Part shown: positions 18,719-29,040 of the stretch, piece by piece
How the letters are laid out: the number at the start of each line of letters is the position of its first letter
Position numbering within the stretch: the stretch's first letter is position 1
Assembly: GCA_043803405.1 (NCBI GenBank)
Contig: JAZDKB010000026.1
Span: forward strand, 1 to 35,946
Length of the DNA stretch: 35,946 bases
DNA from: Spirochaetota bacterium
Lineage (GTDB): Bacteria; Spirochaetota; UBA4802; JAFGDQ01
Reading direction: 5' to 3'
Made by a program: the position numbers and the translations under genes
The notes under the pieces: model-generated
What the model was told of the DNA's origin: nothing
The model's database searches: none
What the model saw: only the letters and a program-made list of their open reading frames with translations

Positions 18719-20254
18719 ATGGATTTAAAAACTATCCTCCTGATTTTAGCTCTCCCTATTACAGGAATTCTTGGATACGCGTTAAAAGCATATCTTGGAA
18801 AGATAAAACTCACTTCTGCGGAAACAAAATCACAAAAAATTATTGAGGAAGCTATTAAAGAAGCAGAAGGGAAAAGAAAGGAGCTTCTTATTGAAGCTAA
18901 AGATCAGCTGCTTCGTGAAAGAAACCTTTTTGAAAAAGAGATGAGAGATAGAAGACAGGAAGTTCAGAACCAGGAAAAAAAATTCAGTCAGAAAGAAGAA
19001 TCAATAGAAAAAAGAGATGAGCAGTGCAAGCGAAAGGAAAAAATATTACAGCTTAGAGAACAGGAAAATCAGGAAAGAGAAGAAGAATTAAGGAAAGAAT
19101 TTGAAAGGCACAGGAAAGAACTCGAAAGGATTTCCAATTTAACATCGAAGGAAGCAAAAAAGCTGCTTTTAAGCAGCCTTGAGAACGAGATAAAATTCGA
19201 TGCTCAAAAATTAATTAATAAAATTGAAGAAGAAACAAAACTGACCGCAGAAAGGAAGGCAAAAGATATTGTGCTTTCCGCGATTCAGAGAAGTGCTTCT
19301 GACTTTACGTCTGAAAGCACTATCACGACTGTTACACTCCCTTCCGACGACATGAAAGGAAGGATAATCGGTCGTGAAGGCAGAAACATAAGAACCCTGG
19401 AAAACCTTACAGGCGTTGATATGATCATTGACGATACGCCGGAGGTGGTGGTAATATCCGGCTTCGATCCAGTTAGGAGAGAGATTGCAAAGCTTTCACT
19501 CGAAAGGCTAATACAGGACGGCCGCATACATCCGGCCATTATTGAGGAGGTCGTTAAAAAAATAACGAGCGAGATTGAAAAGAACATGCTGGAGGAAGGA
19601 GAACGTGCTGCATTTGAACTCGGCATTCCCGGCCTTTCAAGAGATGCGCTTTTTGCTCTCGGAAAATTAAAGTATAGAACCAGTTACGGACAGAATGTTC
19701 TTTCTCACAGCAGGGAAGTAGCCAATCTTGCGGGGATAATGGCAGGCGAACTGTTACTGGACATCCAGATCGCAAAAAGAGCAGGGTTGCTTCATGATAT
19801 TGGGAAAGGTCTTGACGCCGAAGGTGAAGGAGCACATGCGATTGTAGGCGCGGATATGGCAAGGAAATTCGGTGAAAACAAGCAGGTTGAGAATATTATT
19901 GCATCCCATCATAATGACAAAGAACCGGAATCCTTTGAGGCCATTCTTGTTCAGGTCGCTGATACTATTTCAGCATCAAGACCGGGCGCCCGAAGAGAAT
20001 CCATCAACACTTATATTAAACGTCTTGAAAATCTTGAGTCAATAGCTTCAGGTTTTAAGGGCGTTGAAAAATGTTTTGCCATTCAGGCAGGCAGAGAAAT
20101 CAGGGTCATGGTCGAAAATCAGGTAGTGAATGATGAAAAGGCAGAGGGTATGGCGCGGGATATTGCGAAAAAGATAGAATCCGAGCTAAAATATCCTGGT
20201 ATAATCAAGGTAACGGTTATCAGAGAAACCAGAGTAATAGATTATGCCAGATAA
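18719..20254 (+). CDS. rny: Ribonuclease Y
   Basis: N-terminal TM, coiled coil, KH domain MKGRIIGREGRNIR, HD domain LLHDIGK, SASRPGAR; AGGAGG RBS. Confidence 0.97.
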   Translation: MDLKTILLILALPITGILGYALKAYLGKIKLTSAETKSQKIIEEAIKEAEGKRKELLIEAKDQLLRERNLFEKEMRDRRQEVQNQEKKFSQKEESIEKRDEQCKRKEKILQLREQENQEREEELRKEFERHRKELERISNLTSKEAKKLLLSSLENEIKFDAQKLINKIEEETKLTAERKAKDIVLSAIQRSASDFTSESTITTVTLPSDDMKGRIIGREGRNIRTLENLTGVDMIIDDTPEVVVISGFDPVRREIAKLSLERLIQDGRIHPAIIEEVVKKITSEIEKNMLEEGERAAFELGIPGLSRDALFALGKLKYRTSYGQNVLSHSREVANLAGIMAGELLLDIQIAKRAGLLHDIGKGLDAEGEGAHAIVGADMARKFGENKQVENIIASHHNDKEPESFEAILVQVADTISASRPGARRESINTYIKRLENLESIASGFKGVEKCFAIQAGREIRVMVENQVVNDEKAEGMARDIAKKIESELKYPGIIKVTVIRETRVIDYAR

Positions 20255-20305
20255 ATTAAATATATTATCAATCTAAATTACAATTTTTATTTAACAGAGA
20301 ATAAA

Positions 20306-22189
20306 GTGCTGCTAGAATCTATTTCCAAACCTTCCGATTTAAAACGCCTTAATATTTCGGAGCTTAATGAACTGGCTTCCGAGATAAGGGATTATATGGT
20401 AGACGTGGTCTCGGAAACCGGAGGGCACATTGCTTCCTCGCTTGGGGTTGTAGAACTCACACTTGCACTTCATTATGTATTTAACACGCCGAAGGACAGC
20501 ATAATATGGGATGTCGGCCATCAGTGTTATGCTCATAAAATAATCACCGGAAGGAAAGAAAAGTTCAGGTCATTAAGAAAAATTGGTGGCATAAGCGGAT
20601 TCCCGAAAACAAACGAGTCTGTATACGATTCATACTGTACAGGCCACAGCAGCACCAGCCTTTCACTTGCAATCGGACAGGCGGTTGCCAATGACTTTTT
20701 AAAGAAAAAAAACAAGGTCGTTGCCGTAATCGGCGACGGGTCGATCGGCGGAGGAATGGCTTTTGAAGCATTGAACCAGATCGGGCATTTAAAGAAGGAT
20801 GTCATTATTATTCTGAATGATAACGAGCATTCGATATCAAAGAATGTGGGTGCTCTGTCCAAATACCTGATGAAAATGATCACTGATCCTCTGTATAATA
20901 AGATGAGAAGGAGATCGTTTGAATGGATAAAAAAAATTCCGAAATACGGACAATCATTAGCCGGCTTTCTTATTAAAATCGAAGAAGCTCTTAAGGGAGT
21001 AATTATTCCGGGACTTCTATTTGAAGAACTTGGCATACGATATTTCGGGCCTGTTGACGGACATAACATTGAAGCGCTGATCAACATTCTTTCTCGCATA
21101 AGGGATATCAATGCCGGCCCTAAAATACTTCATATCATTACGCGAAAAGGAAAAGGTTATAAGCCTGCGGAAAATGATCCTCCCAGATTTCACGGAATAG
21201 GACCTTTTAATAAAGAAACCGGAAAGTGCGCTGAAAGCAGTGAGTTATCCTTTTCCGATGTTATTGGAAAAACCCTGGCTCACATTTCAACAATCGATAA
21301 AAAAGTAGTGGCTATAACAGCAGCTATGAAGCTCGGCACAGGGCTCACGGAATTTGAAAAAAAAGCGCCCGACAGATTATTCGATGTCGGGATTGCCGAG
21401 CAGCACGCTATAACATTTGCGGGCGCTCTTGCAGCGAACGGCCTTAAGCCGTTTGTCTCGATTTACTCAACCTTTCTGCAAAGAGCGATCGACCAGCTTA
21501 TACACGACATCGGCATCATGCGCCTGCCGATAAAACTGCTGATCGATAGAGCAGGTATTGTCGGCAATGACGGTGAGACACATCACGGGCTTTTCGATAT
21601 AAGTATAATAAAAAATATACCTAATTTCATTTTTCTAGCTCCGTCCAGCGGCGAAGAACTAAGGGATATGTTATATTACGCGCTTAATTATAATGATGGC
21701 CCTGTTGCGATCAGGTATCCCAGAGGCAGCGCAGATGCAGGCAGTTTAAAATTCGATAAATCCAACAAATTTATTCCCGGTAAAATTAAGCAGTTAACCG
21801 GAGGAAAAGACCTTGCTATATTCGCCATTGGAGACATGATTGGAATAGCACTGAAATTAAATAAACTGCTTAAAGAGAATAAAATTTCAAGCGCTGTTGT
21901 AAATTTATTGTCCATTAAACCGTTAGATATTAAAGGTATTGAAAATCTGATTAAAACTACAAAGCATTTTATTACCCTTGAAAACGGAGTTATCACGGGC
22001 GGAATAGGTGAATACATAGCGGCAAATATTAATAGCACAATTAAAAATAAATTTTTATTCGCAGGCGGATTTCCCGACGAGTTTATAGGCCACGGCAGTA
22101 ATTCCGAACTGTTTAAAAAATACAGCATCGATCCGGAATCATTATATAATAAACTTATTAAGATTTTAAAGAACCGCAGTATAAAATAA
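20306..22189 (+). CDS. dxs: 1-deoxy-D-xylulose-5-phosphate synthase
   Basis: GGHIASSLG, WDVGHQCYAHK, GDGSIGGG, GIAEQH, DRAGIVGNDGETHHG; GTG start. Confidence 0.97.
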   Translation: MLLESISKPSDLKRLNISELNELASEIRDYMVDVVSETGGHIASSLGVVELTLALHYVFNTPKDSIIWDVGHQCYAHKIITGRKEKFRSLRKIGGISGFPKTNESVYDSYCTGHSSTSLSLAIGQAVANDFLKKKNKVVAVIGDGSIGGGMAFEALNQIGHLKKDVIIILNDNEHSISKNVGALSKYLMKMITDPLYNKMRRRSFEWIKKIPKYGQSLAGFLIKIEEALKGVIIPGLLFEELGIRYFGPVDGHNIEALINILSRIRDINAGPKILHIITRKGKGYKPAENDPPRFHGIGPFNKETGKCAESSELSFSDVIGKTLAHISTIDKKVVAITAAMKLGTGLTEFEKKAPDRLFDVGIAEQHAITFAGALAANGLKPFVSIYSTFLQRAIDQLIHDIGIMRLPIKLLIDRAGIVGNDGETHHGLFDISIIKNIPNFIFLAPSSGEELRDMLYYALNYNDGPVAIRYPRGSADAGSLKFDKSNKFIPGKIKQLTGGKDLAIFAIGDMIGIALKLNKLLKENKISSAVVNLLSIKPLDIKGIENLIKTTKHFITLENGVITGGIGEYIAANINSTIKNKFLFAGGFPDEFIGHGSNSELFKKYSIDPESLYNKLIKILKNRSIK

Positions 22190-22195
22190 TCGTTC

Positions 22196-23047
22196 ATGCC
22201 GAAAAATAAAATCCGGTTAGATAATTATCTGTTTAAAAATGGATTTAGTGAAACACCCGAAAAAGCAAAAAAAGAAATAATCGCAGGCTGGGTAAAAGTA
22301 AACGGTGAAACCGTAAGATCTCCGGACAGGATTATCACAGGCATGGAAAATATTACAGTTGGCCGTCCCAAAGGGAAGTTCGCAAGCAGGGGCGGAGAGA
22401 AACTGGAGCATGCCCTTGCATATTTCAACATTAAAGTAAAAGACAAAATCGCCGCCGATATCGGTTCTTCAACCGGCGGATTTACCGACTGCCTTTTAAA
22501 AAACGGCGCAGCAAAAGTCTATTGTATTGATGTTGGTTACGGTCTTCTTGCTCATAAATTGCGTATTGATCCCAGGGTTGTTGTTAAAGAAAGAACAAAT
22601 GTAAAAGATCTTTCCGCCGGTGATTTTCCGGATACAATCGATTTCATTACAATCGATCTTTCTTTTATTTCTGTTACAAAAGTTTTCAATATATTAAAAA
22701 CAATTTTTTCTTCCGTTTCCGGAATTATTTTGTTGAAACCTCAGTTTGAAGCGGAAGATACTGAACACGATAAAGGAGTTGTTAAAAATAAAGAGTATCA
22801 TTTAAAGATACTTAAAAGAGTAATTGATTCATTAATTAAATTCGGCATGATATTCAAAGGACTGCATTTTTCTCCGATTAAGGGACCGGCCGGCAATATT
22901 GAATTTTTACTGTATTTTTGCCTTGAGAAAAACAGCGAAAAAAACGCCTTGAATGATCAAATTAATATAATTAATAATATTGACTTAATTATTGAAAATG
23001 TTGTAAATGAAGCTCATGATAAATTAATTTGCGGCCATAAAAAATAA
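22196..23047 (+). CDS. tlyA: TlyA family rRNA (cytidine-2'-O)-methyltransferase
   Basis: S4 domain, SRGGEKL, DIGSSTGGFTD, DLSFIS, KPQFE, SPIKGPAGNIEF; follows dxs. Confidence 0.95.
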   Translation: MPKNKIRLDNYLFKNGFSETPEKAKKEIIAGWVKVNGETVRSPDRIITGMENITVGRPKGKFASRGGEKLEHALAYFNIKVKDKIAADIGSSTGGFTDCLLKNGAAKVYCIDVGYGLLAHKLRIDPRVVVKERTNVKDLSAGDFPDTIDFITIDLSFISVTKVFNILKTIFSSVSGIILLKPQFEAEDTEHDKGVVKNKEYHLKILKRVIDSLIKFGMIFKGLHFSPIKGPAGNIEFLLYFCLEKNSEKNALNDQINIINNIDLIIENVVNEAHDKLICGHKK

Positions 23048-23052
23048 TCCAC

Positions 23053-23592
23053 ATGAAAGCATTTTTTTTCGATAGAGACGGGACTTTAAATTTTGATGAA
23101 GAAGGATATATCAATGATCCTAAAGAGATGCATTTGCATCAGTCCGTCCCTGATGTGCTGAAATATTTAAAATTGCTGGAATACAAAATATTCGTAATTT
23201 CAAATCAATCCGGAATAGGCCGCGGATTAATAAAACCTGAAGATTACCGAAAGGTAAACAGCAAATTTCTTGCTCTTGCCGGCGGATATAATACAGTTGA
23301 TGATATAATGTATTGCGTGCATACACCCGATCAGGAGTGCCAGTGCAGAAAACCTAAAACACTGCTTTTCGATATTATAAAAGAACACTACGACATAGAT
23401 TTTAAAAAATCATATTTCGTAGGAGATAAAATTACAGATATAATTTGCGGCGCGAATGCAGGCTTAAAAACCATTATGGTAACCGATACAAACACAAAAA
23501 CGGAAAATGAATCTTCTAAAGAGAATAAGGGAATAAAAGCAGACATATACATAAAATCTATTGAGGACTTGTTAAATATTATAAGCGAGTAG
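23053..23592 (+). CDS. gmhB: D-glycero-D-manno-heptose 1,7-bisphosphate phosphatase (HAD-IIIA)
   Basis: FFDRDGTLN, SNQSGIGRG, CxH...CxCRKP zinc site, VGDK.TD. Confidence 0.85.
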   Translation: MKAFFFDRDGTLNFDEEGYINDPKEMHLHQSVPDVLKYLKLLEYKIFVISNQSGIGRGLIKPEDYRKVNSKFLALAGGYNTVDDIMYCVHTPDQECQCRKPKTLLFDIIKEHYDIDFKKSYFVGDKITDIICGANAGLKTIMVTDTNTKTENESSKENKGIKADIYIKSIEDLLNIISE

Positions 23593-23635
23593 GACTTAGT
23601 TCCAGGTGATCATATTATTAGGGGGATATATAAAA

Positions 23636-24286
23636 TCACAGATTATCTTTTAAAAAACTAAAAAGCAATTCATGATTCTTAAATACTTTGTCCGCATCTT
23701 TCAAATACGTTTCGTCCAGACTGGTCTCAATAGCGTAACAATCCGCACCTGCTTCTTTGGCTGAGATTATTCCAAGCGGCGCGTTTTCAATTACCAGCGT
23801 TTCATCCGGTGCGACATTCAGCTGCTTCATTGCATTTAAGTAAGGTTCGGGATGGGGCTTCCCATTCGTAATATCATCAACCGTCACAATTACATCAAAG
23901 AACGAAAGCACGCTATCCTTAAGCATATACTCAACAGACCTTCTGAGCGAACCAGTCACAAGCCCGGACTTTAATTTTATATCTGAAATCAACCCCAGTA
24001 TCTCTTTCACATAAGGGAACAGTTTTACTCCGTTTGTTTCAAAAATGGAAAGTTTTTTCTGCATCAGACTTTCAAGCTCTTTCCCGGATGGAACAGGATG
24101 ATGCTTTTCCTTAAGGATGTCAATTATAGAAGCAAGCCCGGACATGCCTTCTCTTATAAAAATATCCTCTTTTGAAATTATTACTCCATGGTCATGGAAA
24201 GCCTTTTGCCAGGACTCGGCATGCCAGTGCATTGAGTCCGTAATAACCCCGTCCATATCGAATAAAACTGCTTCATATTTTTTCAT
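23636..24286 (-). CDS. HAD-superfamily phosphatase (beta-phosphoglucomutase-like)
   Basis: LFDMDGVITDS, VTGS, GKPHPEPY, VIENAPLGI; start placed at MKKY 24286 (ORF track starts at 24325). Confidence 0.88.
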   Translation of the reverse strand: MKKYEAVLFDMDGVITDSMHWHAESWQKAFHDHGVIISKEDIFIREGMSGLASIIDILKEKHHPVPSGKELESLMQKKLSIFETNGVKLFPYVKEILGLISDIKLKSGLVTGSLRRSVEYMLKDSVLSFFDVIVTVDDITNGKPHPEPYLNAMKQLNVAPDETLVIENAPLGIISAKEAGADCYAIETSLDETYLKDADKVFKNHELLFSFLKDNL

Positions 24287-24345
24287 TAAATTAATTCTCT
24301 GAGGTTCGTTCCTTGGAAAGATCAAAAATATATAAAATATCGATT

Positions 24346-25446
24346 TTATGGCTGCGTTTTCAGCTTGTTTCTTCTTTTATGAGCTTCGAAACCGAGTGCT
24401 ATAATTTTATCAATAAGATCATTATAATTCAGGCCGGTTTGTCCCCATAATTTAGGATACATGCTGATTCCCGTAAAGCCTGGGAGGGTGTTTATTTCGT
24501 TTAGATAAAACTTATTTGTATTTTTCTCCAGGAAAAAGTCCACTCTTGCCATTCCGCTGCAACATAGAGCTTTATATACGTTTAGCGCAGTTTTTCTTAT
24601 TGCGCCGGATATCGTGTCATCTATCTGAGCAGGTATTTTTAACTCGGCTCCGTTCGGGTCAATATACTTAGCTTCATAGGAATAAAACTCGTGTTTCGGA
24701 ATCACCTGCCCTGTTATTGATGCTTCAGGTTTATTGTTCCCGAGAACCGCGCACTCAATTTCATAGCAGTCGATACCTTTTTCAATGAGTACTTTATTAT
24801 CATACAAAAAAGCATTGTTAAGAGCATTGGTGATTTGTTCTTTTGTTTTAACTTTCAGTATTCCGATAGATGAACCTGCTGCATTCGGTTTAACAAATAA
24901 CGGGAATCCGATATCTTTTATGATTTTATCGGTAATCGCATCCGGATTTTCCCTGTATTCATCGCTCATTACGGCAATCCACGGAACTACCGGAATGCTG
25001 TTCTCTTTAAGCAGCCTTTTGGCAACATCTTTATCCATCGCGATTGCCGAGCCAAGTACGTCAGCTCCGGCGTAAGGAACATTGGCAAGCTCGAGCAGAC
25101 CCTGAAGTCTGCCGTCTTCGCAATTGGTCCCGTGAACAATCGGTAATACAAAGTCGGCTTTGACTTTTTTGCCACTGGTAATGTTATGTAATACAAGCCG
25201 GTTATTATCATTAAAATGATTTACAAGCCATTTACCGGTTTTCTTCAGCTTGAATATTTTACCAAAACTTTTATCATTTATGATCTCCGGCTTCTCCTGC
25301 ACATACCATTTTCCGTCCCTGTCTATGCCTATGGGAATTACCTTGTACTTGCTCTTATCAAGAGCCTGGTAAACAGACGCGGCTGAACACAGCGAAACAT
25401 CGTGCTCGCTCGACATCCCTCCGAATAATAATGCGATTTTTATCAT
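24346..25446 (-). CDS. ddl: D-alanine--D-alanine ligase
   Basis: GGMSSEHDVS, HGTNCEDG, MDK, KPNAAGSSIG, FYSYEAKY, EINTLPG. Confidence 0.96.
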   Translation of the reverse strand: MIKIALLFGGMSSEHDVSLCSAASVYQALDKSKYKVIPIGIDRDGKWYVQEKPEIINDKSFGKIFKLKKTGKWLVNHFNDNNRLVLHNITSGKKVKADFVLPIVHGTNCEDGRLQGLLELANVPYAGADVLGSAIAMDKDVAKRLLKENSIPVVPWIAVMSDEYRENPDAITDKIIKDIGFPLFVKPNAAGSSIGILKVKTKEQITNALNNAFLYDNKVLIEKGIDCYEIECAVLGNNKPEASITGQVIPKHEFYSYEAKYIDPNGAELKIPAQIDDTISGAIRKTALNVYKALCCSGMARVDFFLEKNTNKFYLNEINTLPGFTGISMYPKLWGQTGLNYNDLIDKIIALGFEAHKRRNKLKTQP

Positions 25447-25508
25447 ACTAGTCTTTTATATTTAACTCTATTAGTAACTTTCAATCTAAGCAATAAAATA
25501 AAACTTTA

Positions 25509-25615
25509 CGATACGCAATATTCATCAATTTTAAGGCAACACGGATGTTGCCGTACGCCGCTTCTTACAGGATGTATGCATAAGCGGCGAAAAAATTGAT
25601 GAATATTGCGTATCG
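25509..25615. repeat. 107-bp palindromic element with a three-way-junction fold
   Basis: Perfect 24-bp inverted repeat (25509-25532 / 25592-25615) enclosing hairpins GGCAACA-CGGA-TGTTGCC (25535-25552) and CGCCGCTT...TACA-GGA-TGTA...AAGCGGCG (25556-25589). Confidence 0.85.
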
Positions 25616-25643
25616 CCAGAAAAGATGTACATCGATTAAAAAT

Positions 25644-26861
25644 TTATTTCAGCTCGTCAAGGAATTCCTTATGAATGGCCTTTACAGCGAGTTCCGCGTA
25701 CAACTCGTCAATAACGCAGGATATGCCTATTTCCGAAGTGGAAATCATTTCAATATTGATATTGTGATCTGACAGAATTTTAAACATACGGCCTGCGACA
25801 CCGTAAGAAGATAACATACCGACGCCAACAGCGGATACAATAACAATATCCTTTTTATGATCTATGGAAGTTGCAGAGAGTTTCTTTTTAATTTCTTCGC
25901 ATACCTGAACGGCTTTTTCAAAATCGTTTTTAAGTACAGTAAAAGAGATGGAAGCCTTGTCGCCCATGCCAGTAGACTGAACTATCATATTTACGAATAT
26001 TTTTTTATCCGCGAGTTCTTTAAATACTTCAGCCGCTATACCCGGTCGGTCCGGTATATCCCTTATAGTAATTTTCGCTTCGTCCTTTTTTGACGTAACG
26101 CCGCTTATTACGAATTTTTCCATCATTTCCTCCCTGGGCATTACAATTGTGCCTTCTTCATAATTAAAGCTTGATTTAACATGTATCCTGACATTATATT
26201 TCTTGGAAAATTCGACAGATCTGGAGTGCAGCACTTTAGCACCCAGCCTGGCAAGCTCCAGCATTTCGTCATAACTGATCTCTTTGAGCTTCTTGGGGCT
26301 GGATACAACGCGCGGGTCTGCAGTGTATACGCCGTCTACGTCAGTGTAGATTTCGCAGTCCCTGCATTTTAAGACCGCAGCTAGCGCCACTGCCGAAGTG
26401 TCCGAGCCGCCCCTGCCGAGAGTCGTTATGTTCTCGTCCTCGTCAATGCCCTGGAAGCCGGCCACTATCACTACTTTGTTGTTCTTTAGTGAATCCAGAA
26501 TCTTGTCTGTGGATATGGATTCGATCTTGGCATTTGCGAAATTGCCGTCAGTCATCAGTTTTACCTGCGACCCCGTATACGAAATAGCGTCAATGCCGAT
26601 CTCGTGAAGGGCCATTGCAAGCATGGCAATAGATACCTGCTCGCCTGTCGAAAGGAGCATGTCCATCTCCCTGTTGCTTGGCTTTTGCGTAATCTCTTTC
26701 GAGAGCGCAATGAGAGCGTCGGTTGTTTTGCCCATAGCAGAAACGACGACAACTACCGAGTATTTTCTTTCTATATAACCTTTTATGCGTTCTGCTACTG
26801 CCTTGATCCTTTCCGGAGTACCAACCGAAGTTCCTCCGTATTTTTGTACTATTATGTTCAT
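25644..26861 (-). CDS. lysC: Aspartate kinase
   Basis: [40 protein letters not shown], two ACT domains. Confidence 0.96.
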   Translation of the reverse strand: MNIIVQKYGGTSVGTPERIKAVAERIKGYIERKYSVVVVVSAMGKTTDALIALSKEITQKPSNREMDMLLSTGEQVSIAMLAMALHEIGIDAISYTGSQVKLMTDGNFANAKIESISTDKILDSLKNNKVVIVAGFQGIDEDENITTLGRGGSDTSAVALAAVLKCRDCEIYTDVDGVYTADPRVVSSPKKLKEISYDEMLELARLGAKVLHSRSVEFSKKYNVRIHVKSSFNYEEGTIVMPREEMMEKFVISGVTSKKDEAKITIRDIPDRPGIAAEVFKELADKKIFVNMIVQSTGMGDKASISFTVLKNDFEKAVQVCEEIKKKLSATSIDHKKDIVIVSAVGVGMLSSYGVAGRMFKILSDHNINIEMISTSEIGISCVIDELYAELAVKAIHKEFLDELK

Positions 26862-26943
26862 AAGTTTTTTTATTTTATAGTATATAATTATTAAAATAAT
26901 TTATTCAAATATAAATATTTATTAGTTAAAGATATAGTGATTA

Positions 26944-28368
26944 TTAATCATAGTCAGCTTCTGTTATTGTAACGCTCTTGAGTAAAATTGGAAACGAGTT
27001 CGGTAACTCTCCTACTGGGGTAGCAGCAGCTTCATATACATTATATGTTCCTGCGGGTACATTAGTGATACTATATGTACCACTTTCACACCATGTCACA
27101 AGCTGAGGAATTTTTAGTGATGTCACAGCAGTATCATAAATAGTCCACTCTAATTCATAATCTGAACTATCGACCTTAGCGACAAACTCATCATAATTTT
27201 TTTTATAAACTTCGTATTCCAGATAATATTGCAAAAGAGCTGCGATATAGCTATCGGTATCGGTCGATGCATAAGCTGATAATGGAACCCTGGGTATTTT
27301 CGGCTCATCATAAGGAATATCCGGACGTAAATAAGCTGGTAGCGAATCCGGACGTACAAGAGAGGATGTTAGCGATGTACGCTCATATAGTGTTTTGTCA
27401 TGTTTAATAGCAATGACATAACGGCCGCCAGTTGCATTTCCGCTAATCGTCGCAGTCTTCCCAGGCACATAGGTACGCGCAACAGCCAGCAGATTGCCGC
27501 CTATCATGCCTGCTGTGTATGTAGTCGGATTTGCTTCGTCTCTCTTAGCAGTTCTAAGCCAGTCCGAAAGCGCATAAAAATGTCTAAGCCTTCGGTTGCT
27601 GTCAGAATCAGTATATTCGTACTCATATTTCTTTACGAAATTTTTAACAACAAGCCGTATCTCAAGCACTGTTTCGGGCTCTTTATTATTAAACACAAGA
27701 CCGTCTTCAACCGGTATTGTCAAAGGGAAAATCCTGTTTATTTCTGTGTAATTGTTTTTAAGATAATCGGAATATGCCAGAACCTGTGCTAAATTAAAAT
27801 TAAATCCTTCGACTGTCTCTTCATGGAACATATCCAGGACATTTTTTTCAAAAGTCCATTTTCCATATTCATCTGTTTTAGGGGAAAATTGTTTCGCATT
27901 ATTAAAAAGCATTTTTCTTATATAAAGCTGAACAGACTCCCATCCGAAGTTGGAGCGGATGTCGTCATTTTCGTACTCTATTCCGTCACCATTGAATAAA
28001 GGGTTGTCCTCATCAGATAATGAGGCGGAGTATGTCTCTCTCTGATTTGCAAAGTACTGGCTGTGCTTGCCTGCAGCCACTTTTATGCCAGCCAGGTCGA
28101 GCATAAAGACAGTCGGCTGTTCATCATTGTGTTCAGGATCTGGATCTACTTGATCACTATATGGCCATAAATAAACTGTGTCGTTTTCATAATTTAATTG
28201 GGTAACAGTTTCCCAATCCCGCGGACCATTCGATTCATAAGTGCATTTTATTTTTACTTTTAATCTGTTGGTGGCAAGCTCGTCAAATAAAGCCTGGTCG
28301 CCGCATGCGGATAAAAGCATGCTTATCGCAACTAAACAGAAAACCATTATTTTATAATTTTTCTTCAT
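26944..28368 (-). CDS. Uncharacterised surface lipoprotein (possibly Leptospira LIC11270-like)
   Basis: Signal peptide with LLSAC lipobox; Tyr/Asp-rich body; family call is from recollection and synteny with truA/DUF2225 only. Confidence 0.65.
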   Translation of the reverse strand: MKKNYKIMVFCLVAISMLLSACGDQALFDELATNRLKVKIKCTYESNGPRDWETVTQLNYENDTVYLWPYSDQVDPDPEHNDEQPTVFMLDLAGIKVAAGKHSQYFANQRETYSASLSDEDNPLFNGDGIEYENDDIRSNFGWESVQLYIRKMLFNNAKQFSPKTDEYGKWTFEKNVLDMFHEETVEGFNFNLAQVLAYSDYLKNNYTEINRIFPLTIPVEDGLVFNNKEPETVLEIRLVVKNFVKKYEYEYTDSDSNRRLRHFYALSDWLRTAKRDEANPTTYTAGMIGGNLLAVARTYVPGKTATISGNATGGRYVIAIKHDKTLYERTSLTSSLVRPDSLPAYLRPDIPYDEPKIPRVPLSAYASTDTDSYIAALLQYYLEYEVYKKNYDEFVAKVDSSDYELEWTIYDTAVTSLKIPQLVTWCESGTYSITNVPAGTYNVYEAAATPVGELPNSFPILLKSVTITEADYD

Positions 28369-28371
28369 TTC

Positions 28372-28968
28372 TTAAATATTAAAATATAAAGTTATACCTG
28401 AATTTAAAACGTGCCCGTTCCTTTTAGCGCCTTCAATATATTTTTCATATATTAGCAGATAATCGATACGAAAGCCGATATTTATAGTCCTGCCTGCGGC
28501 AAACGAACCTTCAAATCCTACCATTCCCATAGGGTCCCATTGGCTTTCCCTGTCCGGTCTTATCTTTACCCATGAACCGCCGGCGCCTGCCTTTAGCTGG
28601 AATATAAGCGGTATTTTCGCAGGCAACGGTATCCGGTAAAGTAAATTCCCGTAAACAGGAACCAACGTAAGCGTGTTAACTCCGTCTGTTTTTTTGGATG
28701 TGTAATACTGATAGGAACTGTCCAGGCCTATCTTTAAATTGTCAACAGGAGTAAACAGCCTTAAAAATCCCCCGCCTCCCAGCGATGTATGAAGCTGGTC
28801 ATAAGTCGTGTAAAGAGGAGTTAAAACCCCGAACCATATACCGACCTGGGGTTTATTAAAATAATCTATTTGTCTACCAATTGCATTGCTGTAAAATAAT
28901 AAAACAAACAGCATTACAGCACAAAATGCAATTTTATTTATTTTACTTAATATATAATTTTTTCGCAT
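28372..28968 (-). CDS. Small outer-membrane beta-barrel protein
   Basis: Signal peptide, alternating amphipathic strands, C-terminal beta-signal GITLYFNI. Confidence 0.7.
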   Translation of the reverse strand: MRKNYILSKINKIAFCAVMLFVLLFYSNAIGRQIDYFNKPQVGIWFGVLTPLYTTYDQLHTSLGGGGFLRLFTPVDNLKIGLDSSYQYYTSKKTDGVNTLTLVPVYGNLLYRIPLPAKIPLIFQLKAGAGGSWVKIRPDRESQWDPMGMVGFEGSFAAGRTINIGFRIDYLLIYEKYIEGAKRNGHVLNSGITLYFNI

Positions 28969-29040
28969 TAGCTAAGAATATTCCTATATTTTCAAAGCAA
29001 TATTCACTATTGGATATTTGATGTCAATTAAATAATAAGA

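Noticed and set aside
26862..26943. Lysine riboswitch upstream of lysC
   Set aside because: The intergenic gap is about 80 bp and almost entirely A/T, too short for the element
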